In this document: positions 17,654-25,795 of the stretch, piece after piece
Layout: each line of letters starts with the position of its first letter
Numbering within the stretch: position 1 is the stretch's first letter
IMG/VR virus record: IMGVR_UViG_3300005764_000075
Location: 1-26,080 of that record
Reading direction: 5' to 3' (one strand)
Source of the DNA: a virus
Lineage: Duplodnaviria > Caudoviricetes
DNA length: 26,080 nucleotides
Translations under genes and position numbers: made by a program
The notes under the pieces: model-generated
What the model was told of the DNA's origin: nothing
Databases searched by the model: none
The model's input: the letters and a program-made list of their open reading frames with translations, nothing else

Positions 17654-19954
17654 TCAGTTCCACGTCATGCCAGTGATCCACGCACCAACAGCCTGCCGTT
17701 TCCAGACCCAGTCCAAATCCCAGATGAGCCGGATGGCCATGCTGTCAGTCTGATAGAGCGAACGCATCGGGGCCGCGACCGTATTCGGCGTTGCGACCGA
17801 TGCCAGTTGCTGCGGTGACGTGTCCTCCATGTGCAGGACGGCGCTGTCGCTGATATCGAATCTTGGTGCACCTTGCGAGGTGGCAAAGTCAGCCGCATCG
17901 ACAAGATACATCGTATCGTTTGTCGCCGTCGTTGTCTGTAGCACCGGATAGCCGAGCAAGGTGCCCTGCGCCAGTTCATCGCGGAACGGCAACATGCCGC
18001 CCGCTGCGGCTTGCGTCAACGACATGGCCAGCACGTCGGACGGATTGATGATCCACACCGGCTTGCGGATGTTGCCAGCCGTCGTGGTAATCACCTTGTT
18101 GACCAGCAACTTGAGATCGCCGATCAACGCTCCAATGCCGCCAGCAGCCGTCGGGCCAAGCGCGGCACCCGCCATGTTCTGGATACCCTGCGGACGCACT
18201 GCCGTGGCCGCATTGTTGTCCATGAGGACGACATCGATGGCCGTGCCGGTGTCTTCCAGCATGCCATTGCGCAAGATGCCTTCCAGCGCGGGAGTCGAGT
18301 GGATGGCCATTTCGCGCGTGAGGGTCGTGATCACGCCGAGTTTCTTCGGCGTCATCACCACGGGAGTGAACGCCCCCTGCTTGACGGGGATCGGCGCGCC
18401 TTGCGCGATGAAGCCGCCACCGATGTTGCCGACCGTGCGGGCGGGCAGTGTGATCTGACCGTTGACCCCGAACGTGTACGATCCGCCAAGACCAGCGAGA
18501 CGCGGCAGGATCGATACCGGATACAAGGCATCGATCAGGTCGCCGATGATCTTGTTGACCAGCGTGTCGGCCCAGCCCGAGACCGTGGTCATGGCCGGGG
18601 CCGAGGCGGCGCGGGTGACGATGTCCATCACCATCTTGGTGTTGACGTCCTCGCCGTAAGACTCGACCAAGATGTCGTTCATGCTGCGCTGTGCGCGCAG
18701 GCCGTGGTGTTTGAAGGCAATGGCGACCGAACGCCAGAAGTAGTCAATCGCCTTCAGCTTCTGCGCGGGTATGGCAAACGGCTGCCGGTTCGACACCTCC
18801 AGCGCGCTTGCGCCGCCGTTGCTGAACTGCGTCACGGCGTTCTGCCTCACGACCGCCGGAAGAGGCGCTTCGGTTTTCACCGATTCGATGATGTGGCTTT
18901 CGGCCCGCTTGAGGGCTTCCAGCGATCTCTGCTGCGCCTCGATCTTGCCGGTGAGGTCGTTGGTGATTGCCAACGAATCATCGCTCGGATTTTCGTCGTC
19001 GATACTCTTCAGATGCGTGTCAAGTTGATCCTGCAACTTGACGATGCGCGTTTGCGTATCAGTGATACGCTGTGCAATGGGCGACATAGTCGTCCCTTTC
19101 GTGATGCGTTGAGTCCGGGCGTACTCGCCATTGCCGCGTTGCTTCACGCCATCGTCTTTTTTGCCGTGCTTGGCAAAGACGAGATCGCGAGTCTCGGCGG
19201 AGATGTTCAGCGCCTTGACGATGGCCAAGGCATTCGGATTGGCCGGGACAGCGACCAGCGATGTCTCGACCAATTCAGACTTGAGATAAATTTCCCCTTT
19301 TTCTTCACCGTTCTTGGTGCTGCGGGACCTTCTCTCAATCGGAGTGAAGCCGACCGACACCGCGCGCAGGATGTCGGCGTCGATCAACTTGCGGATTTCG
19401 TCAATGCGTTCCGACGTGCCAGCCGGGGCCATCTTCAATCGGCCGCGCAGCGCACCGTTCTCGACGCGCAAATTTTCCCACTTGCCGACGATGAAGTTCG
19501 GATTGTGATTAAACAGGGCGATGGGATTTTTTCGATAATTCGACAATTCCCAGCCGTCGGCCATGATGATGTCGCCGAAGCGATCCGGCGTTGCATCGGA
19601 AAGAATGAATTCCATGCCGCTGACTTGAGCGGCATGCGTCTTGTGCCGGATGCCGTTGGCGGCGCGTTCAAACTCGGCCCATGCAAATTGGCAGCCTTCA
19701 AAGTCGCCGGTCTCGTCGACACACTCGTCGATAAATTCCGAATAAGTCTGTCCCGGGTCGGGGATCATGGCGGGGCTGTCTTGACCGAACTGCTTCGACG
19801 GTTTCTCGCCGCCGTGCTCCTTGCGCCAGTAGTTCAGGCAGATGGCGACGGCCTGATCCTGCGGGCGCTTGCTGTCGCCCGTGCCAATCGTTTCTGGGAC
19901 GCAGCGCGCCATGAAGTCTGACTGGCTCTCGCCCTTGTGCGGTGTCATCGGCAT
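17654..19954 (-). CDS. Fused HK97-type prohead protease and major capsid protein
   Basis: DRFGDII..GW...Y.KNPIALFNH..VGKW, AVSVGF, ELVETSLVAVPANPNAL (protease) are in frame with an HK97-fold capsid (KKLGVITTLTREM, SLYQTDSMAIR). Likely start MPMTP at 19954 after AGGAAA. Confidence 0.92.
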   Translation of the reverse strand: MPMTPHKGESQSDFMARCVPETIGTGDSKRPQDQAVAICLNYWRKEHGGEKPSKQFGQDSPAMIPDPGQTYSEFIDECVDETGDFEGCQFAWAEFERAANGIRHKTHAAQVSGMEFILSDATPDRFGDIIMADGWELSNYRKNPIALFNHNPNFIVGKWENLRVENGALRGRLKMAPAGTSERIDEIRKLIDADILRAVSVGFTPIERRSRSTKNGEEKGEIYLKSELVETSLVAVPANPNALAIVKALNISAETRDLVFAKHGKKDDGVKQRGNGEYARTQRITKGTTMSPIAQRITDTQTRIVKLQDQLDTHLKSIDDENPSDDSLAITNDLTGKIEAQQRSLEALKRAESHIIESVKTEAPLPAVVRQNAVTQFSNGGASALEVSNRQPFAIPAQKLKAIDYFWRSVAIAFKHHGLRAQRSMNDILVESYGEDVNTKMVMDIVTRAASAPAMTTVSGWADTLVNKIIGDLIDALYPVSILPRLAGLGGSYTFGVNGQITLPARTVGNIGGGFIAQGAPIPVKQGAFTPVVMTPKKLGVITTLTREMAIHSTPALEGILRNGMLEDTGTAIDVVLMDNNAATAVRPQGIQNMAGAALGPTAAGGIGALIGDLKLLVNKVITTTAGNIRKPVWIINPSDVLAMSLTQAAAGGMLPFRDELAQGTLLGYPVLQTTTATNDTMYLVDAADFATSQGAPRFDISDSAVLHMEDTSPQQLASVATPNTVAAPMRSLYQTDSMAIRLIWDLDWVWKRQAVGAWITGMTWN

Positions 19955-20541
19955 GGATTTGTTTCCTAGCTTTTTCGGTTGTGGTCGCAATGCGCGCAAC
20001 CGGGCCTGAATTTCCTTTATGTGTCCGTGGCCTGCATACGTTGAATCGGCTGCTGGCAACTTGAAAACCCTGCAAAAACCTTTATCTTTTAGGTGAGGGG
20101 TAAGGCCCCCTCAGATGCCCCTGCCTACAAGGCCCTTTCACGCTGGGCCACCGCAGGGGAGGTCCCGGTCCCGAGGGGAAAAAGTCGCGCTCCGTCGCTC
20201 GCCCTCCCGCCAAGCCCCAGATGGGCACAGCTAGTGCAAGGGAGTCCGCGCCGCCAGACATGACGGGGAAAGTGCCCGAGAGGGCCGACGCATCCTCGCC
20301 GCCCAAGCTTTGCAAGAGCTTCGGCTTTCACTCTGGTCCCGAGAAAAACATTCGCGACACACCGCTAATCAAGGTGTGTTGCGTCCATGCCCTACGATCT
20401 CCTTTCGACTTAGCAACCAACGAAAAGAGTAGGTCGCGAAAGCCGAGACCGACGGGCATGAACGCAACACATTTCCGCGAATAACCAAGGGCGCTACCGC
20501 AATCGCCGAACGATTGACGCGCCAGACGCCGGATACACGAC

Positions 20542-20746
20542 CGGCCGCAGTCGGGTGAAAGCCCCGACACTGAATTGACTGTGCGGCGTAAGACTTCGCC
20601 ATCCCAGTCCCGCAATTGAGCGAATAGCTGCAAGTGGCCCGAAAGGCTTGAAGGGCAGCCGGGGGAAAGTTTGGCGAGACGTAGTGTGGCAGCCTTGCCA
20701 GCGAACGACCACTGTTGCGCACAGTCGCTAAACAACGGAGTCGAAA
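20542..20746 (+). ncRNA. Putative structured leader RNA of the rightward operon
   Basis: Non-coding stretch dense in helices: GTCGGGT-GAAA-GCCCCGAC, GCCGCA/TGCGGC, TCGCCA/TGGCGA, GCC-CGAAA-GGC, TGGCA/TGCCA, ACTGT/ACAGT. Confidence 0.5.
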
Positions 20747-20917
20747 ATGAAAACTGTACGAAAAGGCAAAGAGAAACTTCCCTTCACGTGCGGCGAGAAG
20801 GCAATCATCCAGAATGCCTTGGAGAAATACGCCGAAGGTTTCGAGGTTCAGTATCCGGTGCAGTGCAAGCAAATCCTCAAGCTTGCAAAGCGCATCGGAC
20901 GATCCGAACCAGAGTGA
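20747..20917 (+). CDS. Hypothetical protein (56 aa, MKTVRKGKEKLPFTCGEK...)
   Basis: Below the ORF-track cutoff; has the same GGAGTCGAAAATG start context as downstream genes; TGA lies 1 nt before the first repeat element. Confidence 0.75.
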   Translation: MKTVRKGKEKLPFTCGEKAIIQNALEKYAEGFEVQYPVQCKQILKLAKRIGRSEPE

Positions 20918-20918
20918 T

Positions 20919-21006
20919 CACTAAGCGCCGCCTACGGGCGGCGTCGTAGTGCTCATGCACTCGCCCGCTTGCAACGGGCGTTCACAAGCAAACGGAGTCA
21001 AAAATG
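20919..21006 (+). repeat. Structured intergenic element, copy 1
   Basis: CACTAAG-CGCCGCC-TACG-GGCGGCG-TCGTAGTGC-TCAT-GCACTC-GCCCG-CTTGCAA-CGGGC...GGAGTCAAAAATG. Confidence 0.9.
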
Positions 21007-22047
21007 CTTGCACCTACTGTCAACTTGGAAATTGAAAATCCAGTCACCTCGAAAGAGCTAGTTGACCTCTTGATCATGCACTTCGCCGTCAATCAGGCGG
21101 TGATGGTGTGGGGTGACTCAGGCATTGGCAAATCTGAACTGATGGACTTGATTTGCGCACTGACCGGGCGAAGGAAGGTTGATATTCGCCTGAACGTGCG
21201 CGAGCCGGTCGATCTGCGCGGCTTGCCCGTTCCTGATCTGGCAAAGCTAGTCACCAAATGGCTAGTCCCCAGCGAGTTGCCGCCCTCGGACGGCAGTTGG
21301 GGTCCGACGTTGCTCGTGCTCGATGAAATCAACACCGGCACGATGCAGATGATGTCGGTTGCCATGCAACTGGTAAACGAGCGGTGCATCGGTGAACACC
21401 GCTTGCCGGATAACTGCGCAGTTGTCGCCATGGGCAATCGTCCCAAGGACAGCCGTGCGGTGATCCAGATGCCCAAGCCGCTGCGCAAGCGCTTTGCTCA
21501 TTACAGCATGGTCGTCGACCATGATGCGTGGGTCGAGCACTGCAAGCGGACCGGTCTTACTCCCGAGATCATCGCCTTCATTCGCTTCCGGCCTGAGTAC
21601 CTGATCCGCGAAGCGCAGGGCGATGAAAACGCCAGCGCCAATCCCCGCACGATCTACAAGTGCGGCGTCTATGTGAAGCAACCCCCTCGGTTGCGGCACA
21701 AGGCATTCGTCGCGCTGGTCGGCAAAGACATTGGCAGCGAGATGGAAAGCTTTGTTTCGATGTATCAAGCGCTATCGAACATCGACGACATTCTTGCCCA
21801 TCCCGACACCGCCAATGTGCCGAGCGAGCGTTCTGAAGCCTACGCGGTCGCTACCGCGCTGGGCCGTTTGGCGGATCGTAAAAACTTCGCCAACGTCATC
21901 AAGTACGCCCGGCGTCTGGGCAAAGAGTACAGCCGCGAACTGGAAATCGTCGCGGTGACCGATGCCACGTATCGCGATCCGAAACTTGCCGAAGTGAAAG
22001 CCTACGGCGAGTGGGCGGTCGACAACGCGGACATCACTGCTCAATAA
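21004..22047 (+). CDS. AAA+ ATPase, MoxR/dynein-related type
   Basis: Walker A GDSGIGKS, Walker B LLVLDEIN, DLRGLP, MGNR...RF, NPR motifs. Confidence 0.9.
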   Translation: MLAPTVNLEIENPVTSKELVDLLIMHFAVNQAVMVWGDSGIGKSELMDLICALTGRRKVDIRLNVREPVDLRGLPVPDLAKLVTKWLVPSELPPSDGSWGPTLLVLDEINTGTMQMMSVAMQLVNERCIGEHRLPDNCAVVAMGNRPKDSRAVIQMPKPLRKRFAHYSMVVDHDAWVEHCKRTGLTPEIIAFIRFRPEYLIREAQGDENASANPRTIYKCGVYVKQPPRLRHKAFVALVGKDIGSEMESFVSMYQALSNIDDILAHPDTANVPSERSEAYAVATALGRLADRKNFANVIKYARRLGKEYSRELEIVAVTDATYRDPKLAEVKAYGEWAVDNADITAQ

Positions 22048-22053
22048 ACGCTT

Positions 22054-22141
22054 CACTAAGGACGGCGGTAAGTCCCGCCGTCTCGTAGTGCAGCATGCAC
22101 TCTGGCGCTTGCAACGCCAGCAATTCAAGGAGTCGAAAATG
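22054..22141 (+). repeat. Structured intergenic element, copy 2
   Basis: CACTAAG-GACGGCGG-TAAGTC-CCGCCGTC-TCGTAGTGCA-GCA-TGCACTC-TGGCG-CTTGCAA-CGCCA...GGAGTCGAAAATG. Confidence 0.9.
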
Positions 22142-23668
22142 TTACAGAACAGAATCGACACGGAACGACAAGCGGCCGACGCCATCGCTAAGGCGCGCGC
22201 GGCTCTCGTTCTCACTCGGAAGTTCTACGCGGTGCTGGTTGGCCAAGTTGTTGCCAAGCCGTGCTGGAGCATTCCGACAATGGCAACGGACTCGGTGACG
22301 CACTACTACAATCCCGCGTTCATTGTCAGCCTGCCCCCGGTCGAAGTGCTGGGGACGCAGGCGCACGAAAGCGAGCATGACGCGCGCCATCATTCGACGC
22401 GGCGTCAAGGTCGCGACCCCAAAGACTGGAATCGAGCCTGCGATTACGCAATCAACGGCGACCTGATGGCCGAGGGGTTCGTGCTGCCGAAGGGTGCGCT
22501 CTATCGTGAGGACTTCGTCGGGCTTTCCGCCGAGGAAATCTACCGCATCCTTCAGCTAGAGAAACAAAAACAGACACCTCCGCCGCCGCAGGGTGGCGAA
22601 GGCGAGAAATGCGAAGACGGCGACGACAGCGATAAGCCGTCCGACGATAAATCCGAGGAATCTGAAAATGATTCCGACGATGAAAAGTCGGACGACGAAT
22701 CCGATGGCGGCGACGGATCGGACGATGACGAATCTGAGGATGAAGAGTCCGAGGACAAGGAATCGGACGATGGCGACGGCGAAGGTGAAACCGAAGCCGA
22801 AGGCGACGACGAAGCCGGTGACGAAGCCGGTGACGAGGAAGCCGACGGCGATGGCGATGGCGACGACACTGGCGAAGACACCGATGTCGAGGCCGACGCC
22901 GAAGACGAAGATGAGAACGGTGACGGTGATAAAGGCGACGAGCCGACATCATGCGGCGAAGATGGCGGATGCGGCGAAGTGCTCGACGCGCCCGGCGACG
23001 AAGCCGAAGTTGCCGATCTCGATGCCAAATGGGAAGTCGTTACGCGGCAAGCGGTCGCGTTGGCCAAGAAGGCGGGCACGTTGCCCGGTCATTGGGCAAC
23101 CGAGATCGAGCGCCGCAAGACGCCGACCCAAGACTGGCGCGCCATCCTGCGTGAATACATCGATGCAGGCGCACGCCGGATCGAAACGTGGAACCGACCC
23201 AATCGGCGGTTCGCGCATTCCGGGTTTATCCTTCCCGGCAATCAACGCGACGGCATCAACAAGGTCGTGTTCATTATCGACGCTTCCGGCAGCATGGTTG
23301 GCCAGCACGTCAAGGTGGCCAACGAGTTGCAGGCCGCGCTCGACGATGGCGCGATCAGCGAAGTGGTCTTGGTCTACATCGACACCGAAGTCTATCGCGT
23401 TGATAGGTTCGCCGATGGCGACAAGATCGAATTCGGCGAGATCAAGGGCGGCGGGACGGCGATGTTGCCTGCTTTCCGCTGGGCCGCCGAGAACGAGTCG
23501 GATGCAAACCTGATCGTTTGCCTGACCGACTTGTATATCGAAACCATCACGCCAGCCGATGAACCGGCCTGCCCGGCGCTTTGGTGCGCGTATGGCGATC
23601 CACGCGCAATCAAGTCCGAAGGCGCGAAATTGCCTTGGGGCAAAGTTGTCGACGTGGACAACGAGTGA
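22139..23668 (+). CDS. Putative metallopeptidase plus vWA-like domain protein (DUF2201 family)
   Basis: TMATD...YYNP.F, HESEH (HExxH), WNRACDYAIN, acidic linker, then DASGSM (MIDAS DxSxS), GGGT and LTD. Start 22139 after GGAG. Confidence 0.88.
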   Translation: MLQNRIDTERQAADAIAKARAALVLTRKFYAVLVGQVVAKPCWSIPTMATDSVTHYYNPAFIVSLPPVEVLGTQAHESEHDARHHSTRRQGRDPKDWNRACDYAINGDLMAEGFVLPKGALYREDFVGLSAEEIYRILQLEKQKQTPPPPQGGEGEKCEDGDDSDKPSDDKSEESENDSDDEKSDDESDGGDGSDDDESEDEESEDKESDDGDGEGETEAEGDDEAGDEAGDEEADGDGDGDDTGEDTDVEADAEDEDENGDGDKGDEPTSCGEDGGCGEVLDAPGDEAEVADLDAKWEVVTRQAVALAKKAGTLPGHWATEIERRKTPTQDWRAILREYIDAGARRIETWNRPNRRFAHSGFILPGNQRDGINKVVFIIDASGSMVGQHVKVANELQAALDDGAISEVVLVYIDTEVYRVDRFADGDKIEFGEIKGGGTAMLPAFRWAAENESDANLIVCLTDLYIETITPADEPACPALWCAYGDPRAIKSEGAKLPWGKVVDVDNE

Positions 23669-23669
23669 G

Positions 23670-23762
23670 CACTAAGGGCGGCCCCGTGCGGGCCGCCTCA
23701 TAGTGGTCATATCGATCACTCCCGCGCTTGCAGCGGGTTCACATGCATAGGAGTCAAAAATG
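23670..23762 (+). repeat. Structured intergenic element, copy 3
   Basis: CACTAAG-GGCGGCCC-CGTGC-GGGCCGCC-TCATAGTGGTC-ATATC-GATCACT-CCCGC-GCTTGCA-GCGGG...GGAGTCAAAAATG. Confidence 0.9.
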
Positions 23763-24653
23763 AACAAGCATGTTTCTGTTCCGTCCGTCCTGCAACGCAA
23801 GGCGGTGCTGGTCTCGCTCAACATCTCGACGTGGGCGGCGCGCAAGCTTGACCGCAAGGTCACGCGCGAAACCAACCAGCGCTATCATGCGGCGGCGGAC
23901 GCAGGCCGCTTCAACAAGCTTCTGATCGAAGCGGCACGCCTGAAGGAGATCAACGGATGCGTGTCTCGCGCCCGCGATCTCTACTACTCGATGACCAAGC
24001 CTTGGGCGGATGAAGGTCAGCGCATTCTGCCGAACGCGCTGTATCTTGATTTCGTCAATCAACTGCGCGTCATCAAGCAGGACTTTGAGAAAGCGGCCGA
24101 GGATTTCTGCCGCGAGTATCCGTCCTTTGTCGCCGAGCGCAAGTCAGTGCTCAACGGCATGTTCAACGAAGCGGACTATCCGACCCCCGGCATGATCCGA
24201 GGCAAGTTCAAGCTTGAACATCGCTTCTCCAATCTGCCTGCGGCCGGTGACTTCCGCAGCGATGATCTGGACGCGGAAACCGTCGAGGACATCCGCGCCG
24301 AGATCGAGAAGACGACGACGGCCGTCGAGCACGAGGCCATGGCCCACACCAAAACACAGATCGTCGAGGTGGTCGGCCATATGGCCAAGAAGCTGGGCGA
24401 GTACAAGAGCGAAGGCGGCGACGAGCGGCGTTTCTTCTTCGACTCGCTGGTCGACAACATCCGCGATCTGGTCAAGTTGCTGCCTGCCTTCAACCTGACC
24501 GGCGACACGAAGCTCGATGCGCTGATCAAGCGGATCGACAAGGAATTGTGCAGCGAAGATGCGAAGGTGCTGCGCAAGAACGACGACTTGCGCGAAGGCG
24601 TGCGCAAGAGTGCCGAGGACATCCTTGCCGAAGTCGAGCGCGTGATGGCCTAA
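23760..24653 (+). CDS. Conserved phage hypothetical protein, DUF3150-like
   Basis: AVLVSLNISTWAARKLD, TKPW...G.RILP, F...Y, DYP...IRGKF, FNLTGD; this kind of protein is often found beside AAA/vWA pairs. Confidence 0.65.
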   Translation: MNKHVSVPSVLQRKAVLVSLNISTWAARKLDRKVTRETNQRYHAAADAGRFNKLLIEAARLKEINGCVSRARDLYYSMTKPWADEGQRILPNALYLDFVNQLRVIKQDFEKAAEDFCREYPSFVAERKSVLNGMFNEADYPTPGMIRGKFKLEHRFSNLPAAGDFRSDDLDAETVEDIRAEIEKTTTAVEHEAMAHTKTQIVEVVGHMAKKLGEYKSEGGDERRFFFDSLVDNIRDLVKLLPAFNLTGDTKLDALIKRIDKELCSEDAKVLRKNDDLREGVRKSAEDILAEVERVMA

Positions 24654-24658
24654 CGAAG

Positions 24659-24753
24659 CACTAAGGGCGGCCCCGTGCGGGCCGCCTCGTAGTGTTCCGG
24701 TGAACACTCGCCCGTCTTGCACGGGCGTCTTACTTAAAACGGAGTCGAAAATG
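24659..24753 (+). repeat. Structured intergenic element, copy 4
   Basis: CACTAAG-GGCGGCCC-CGTGC-GGGCCGCC-TCGTAGTGTTC-CGGT-GAACACTC-GCCCGT-CTTGC-ACGGGC...GGAGTCGAAAATG. Confidence 0.9.
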
Positions 24754-24969
24754 AACCTCAATCCAAACTGCTGTGGCGGTCATTGCTGGTTCGACAAAGG
24801 CGAAGTCCGCGTCTATCCGATAGGCGCTGGCGGCAATCTCATTCTTTGTCGCGCCTGCTGGAATCACGAGAACGCCTACAACCGCTGGCGCGGCCGGGAA
24901 ACCGGTCGCCCGGAAAACTGGCCCGTCCGCAACTGGGACGAAGCGGAGGTCTATGCCAATGCAGAATAA
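24751..24969 (+). CDS. Small Cys-rich hypothetical protein (72 aa), possible Zn-binding
   Basis: GGAG RBS; NCCGGHC...LCRACW. Confidence 0.75.
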   Translation: MNLNPNCCGGHCWFDKGEVRVYPIGAGGNLILCRACWNHENAYNRWRGRETGRPENWPVRNWDEAEVYANAE

Positions 24970-25153
24970 AATCTGTCCTTTTGGCGGCCAGCATCCTAGT
25001 GCCCGCGAAGTCCGCGAGTTCTGCCTGTATCTGCGCAACTGCACAGACCGGCAGGTTCGCGGCGTCTACGAGAAAGAAAAAAAGGCCAAACGTGAAGTCT
25101 ATATGGCGCTCGCCGAAGTCGAAGCCGAGCGGCGCGGTTTGTTTTTCCTGTGA
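24953..25153 (+). CDS. Hypothetical protein (66 aa)
   Basis: GGAGGT RBS 5' of the ATG; overlaps the previous gene's end. Confidence 0.65.
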   Translation: MPMQNKICPFGGQHPSAREVREFCLYLRNCTDRQVRGVYEKEKKAKREVYMALAEVEAERRGLFFL

Positions 25154-25173
25154 TTCACTAAAGGAGTCCAAAA

Positions 25174-25569
25174 ATGAAACTCTACCAACACATCGCTACA
25201 CTCGTACAGGCACGCGACAACTGTCTGGCCAACCATAATACGCACTGGTTCGGCGAGCACACCGAGAGCCTTGTGCGGCTGGGCAAAGAGCGACTGCCCA
25301 GCGGCAGCGGTTTCGACAACGGCACGACCGTCGATCTTGAGCAATCAAGACCGCAGCGGCTCGTGCTGCAAACCGCATTCCATCACATGGACGAAAACGG
25401 CTCATATGATGGCTGGGAGGATTACACCGTCGTGGTCACGCCCGATCTAGCGAGCGGGTTTGACCTGCATGTCTACGGCGTCAATCGCAATGACATCAAA
25501 GAGTACATCGGCGATGTCTTCCACAATGCGCTGAGCGAGGAAGGCGAAATCGAAAAGCTGCCTGCCTGA
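25174..25569 (+). CDS. Hypothetical phage protein (131 aa)
   Basis: AAGGAG RBS; LPSGSGFDNG...FHHMDENGSYDGW; ends just before the terminator. Confidence 0.8.
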   Translation: MKLYQHIATLVQARDNCLANHNTHWFGEHTESLVRLGKERLPSGSGFDNGTTVDLEQSRPQRLVLQTAFHHMDENGSYDGWEDYTVVVTPDLASGFDLHVYGVNRNDIKEYIGDVFHNALSEEGEIEKLPA

Positions 25570-25572
25570 AAC

Positions 25573-25612
25573 AATCCCCCCTGTGGAGCGATCCACCGGG
25601 GGGATTTTTTTT
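25573..25612 (+). terminator. Intrinsic (rho-independent) terminator
   Basis: AATCCCCCC-TGTGGA-GCGA-TCCACC-GGGGGGA followed by T8, directly after the last gene. Confidence 0.88.
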
Positions 25613-25795
25613 GCCCATTTTCTTGAATTGTGCGGGCCATCCAGCCTTGCAAGCCGGATGGCCCTGATCCGGGGCCTGCGCGGAGTCGCGAAAATCTTTC
25701 GGTGTCGTGAGCCCGAAAGCAACGCTGTGACGCGGCCCGGCGGACTTCCTTAATCTATGTGCGCGCTGCCCCGCTGTCCACGCGAGGCTGGCGCA

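Noticed and set aside
18011-19921. 636-aa plus-strand ORF and other long antisense ORFs (e.g. 2582-3562, 4921-5832)
   Set aside because: Shadow frames of GC-rich genes on the opposite strand, with no recognisable motifs.
20581-20746. GTGCG start suggesting a group II intron
   Set aside because: No domain V/VI-like sequence or reverse transcriptase is seen, and the region is too short.
20082-20949. ORF-track ORFs across the divergent intergenic region
   Set aside because: No convincing RBS or motifs, and they conflict with the leader structure and the better-supported 20747-20917 gene.
22805-22850. 12-nt tandem repeat GACGAAGCCGGT
   Set aside because: Explained by the low-complexity acidic linker coding (DEAG repeats).
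20919-24753. Repeats as a CRISPR array or integron attC sites
   Set aside because: The intervals are whole genes rather than short spacers, there are no GTTRRRY/RYYYAAC cores, and no cas or integrase gene is in the window.
20919-24753. Repeats as intrinsic terminators or sigma54 promoters (TTGCA)
   Set aside because: No U-tract follows the hairpins, and GG-N10-GC spacing is not consistently present.
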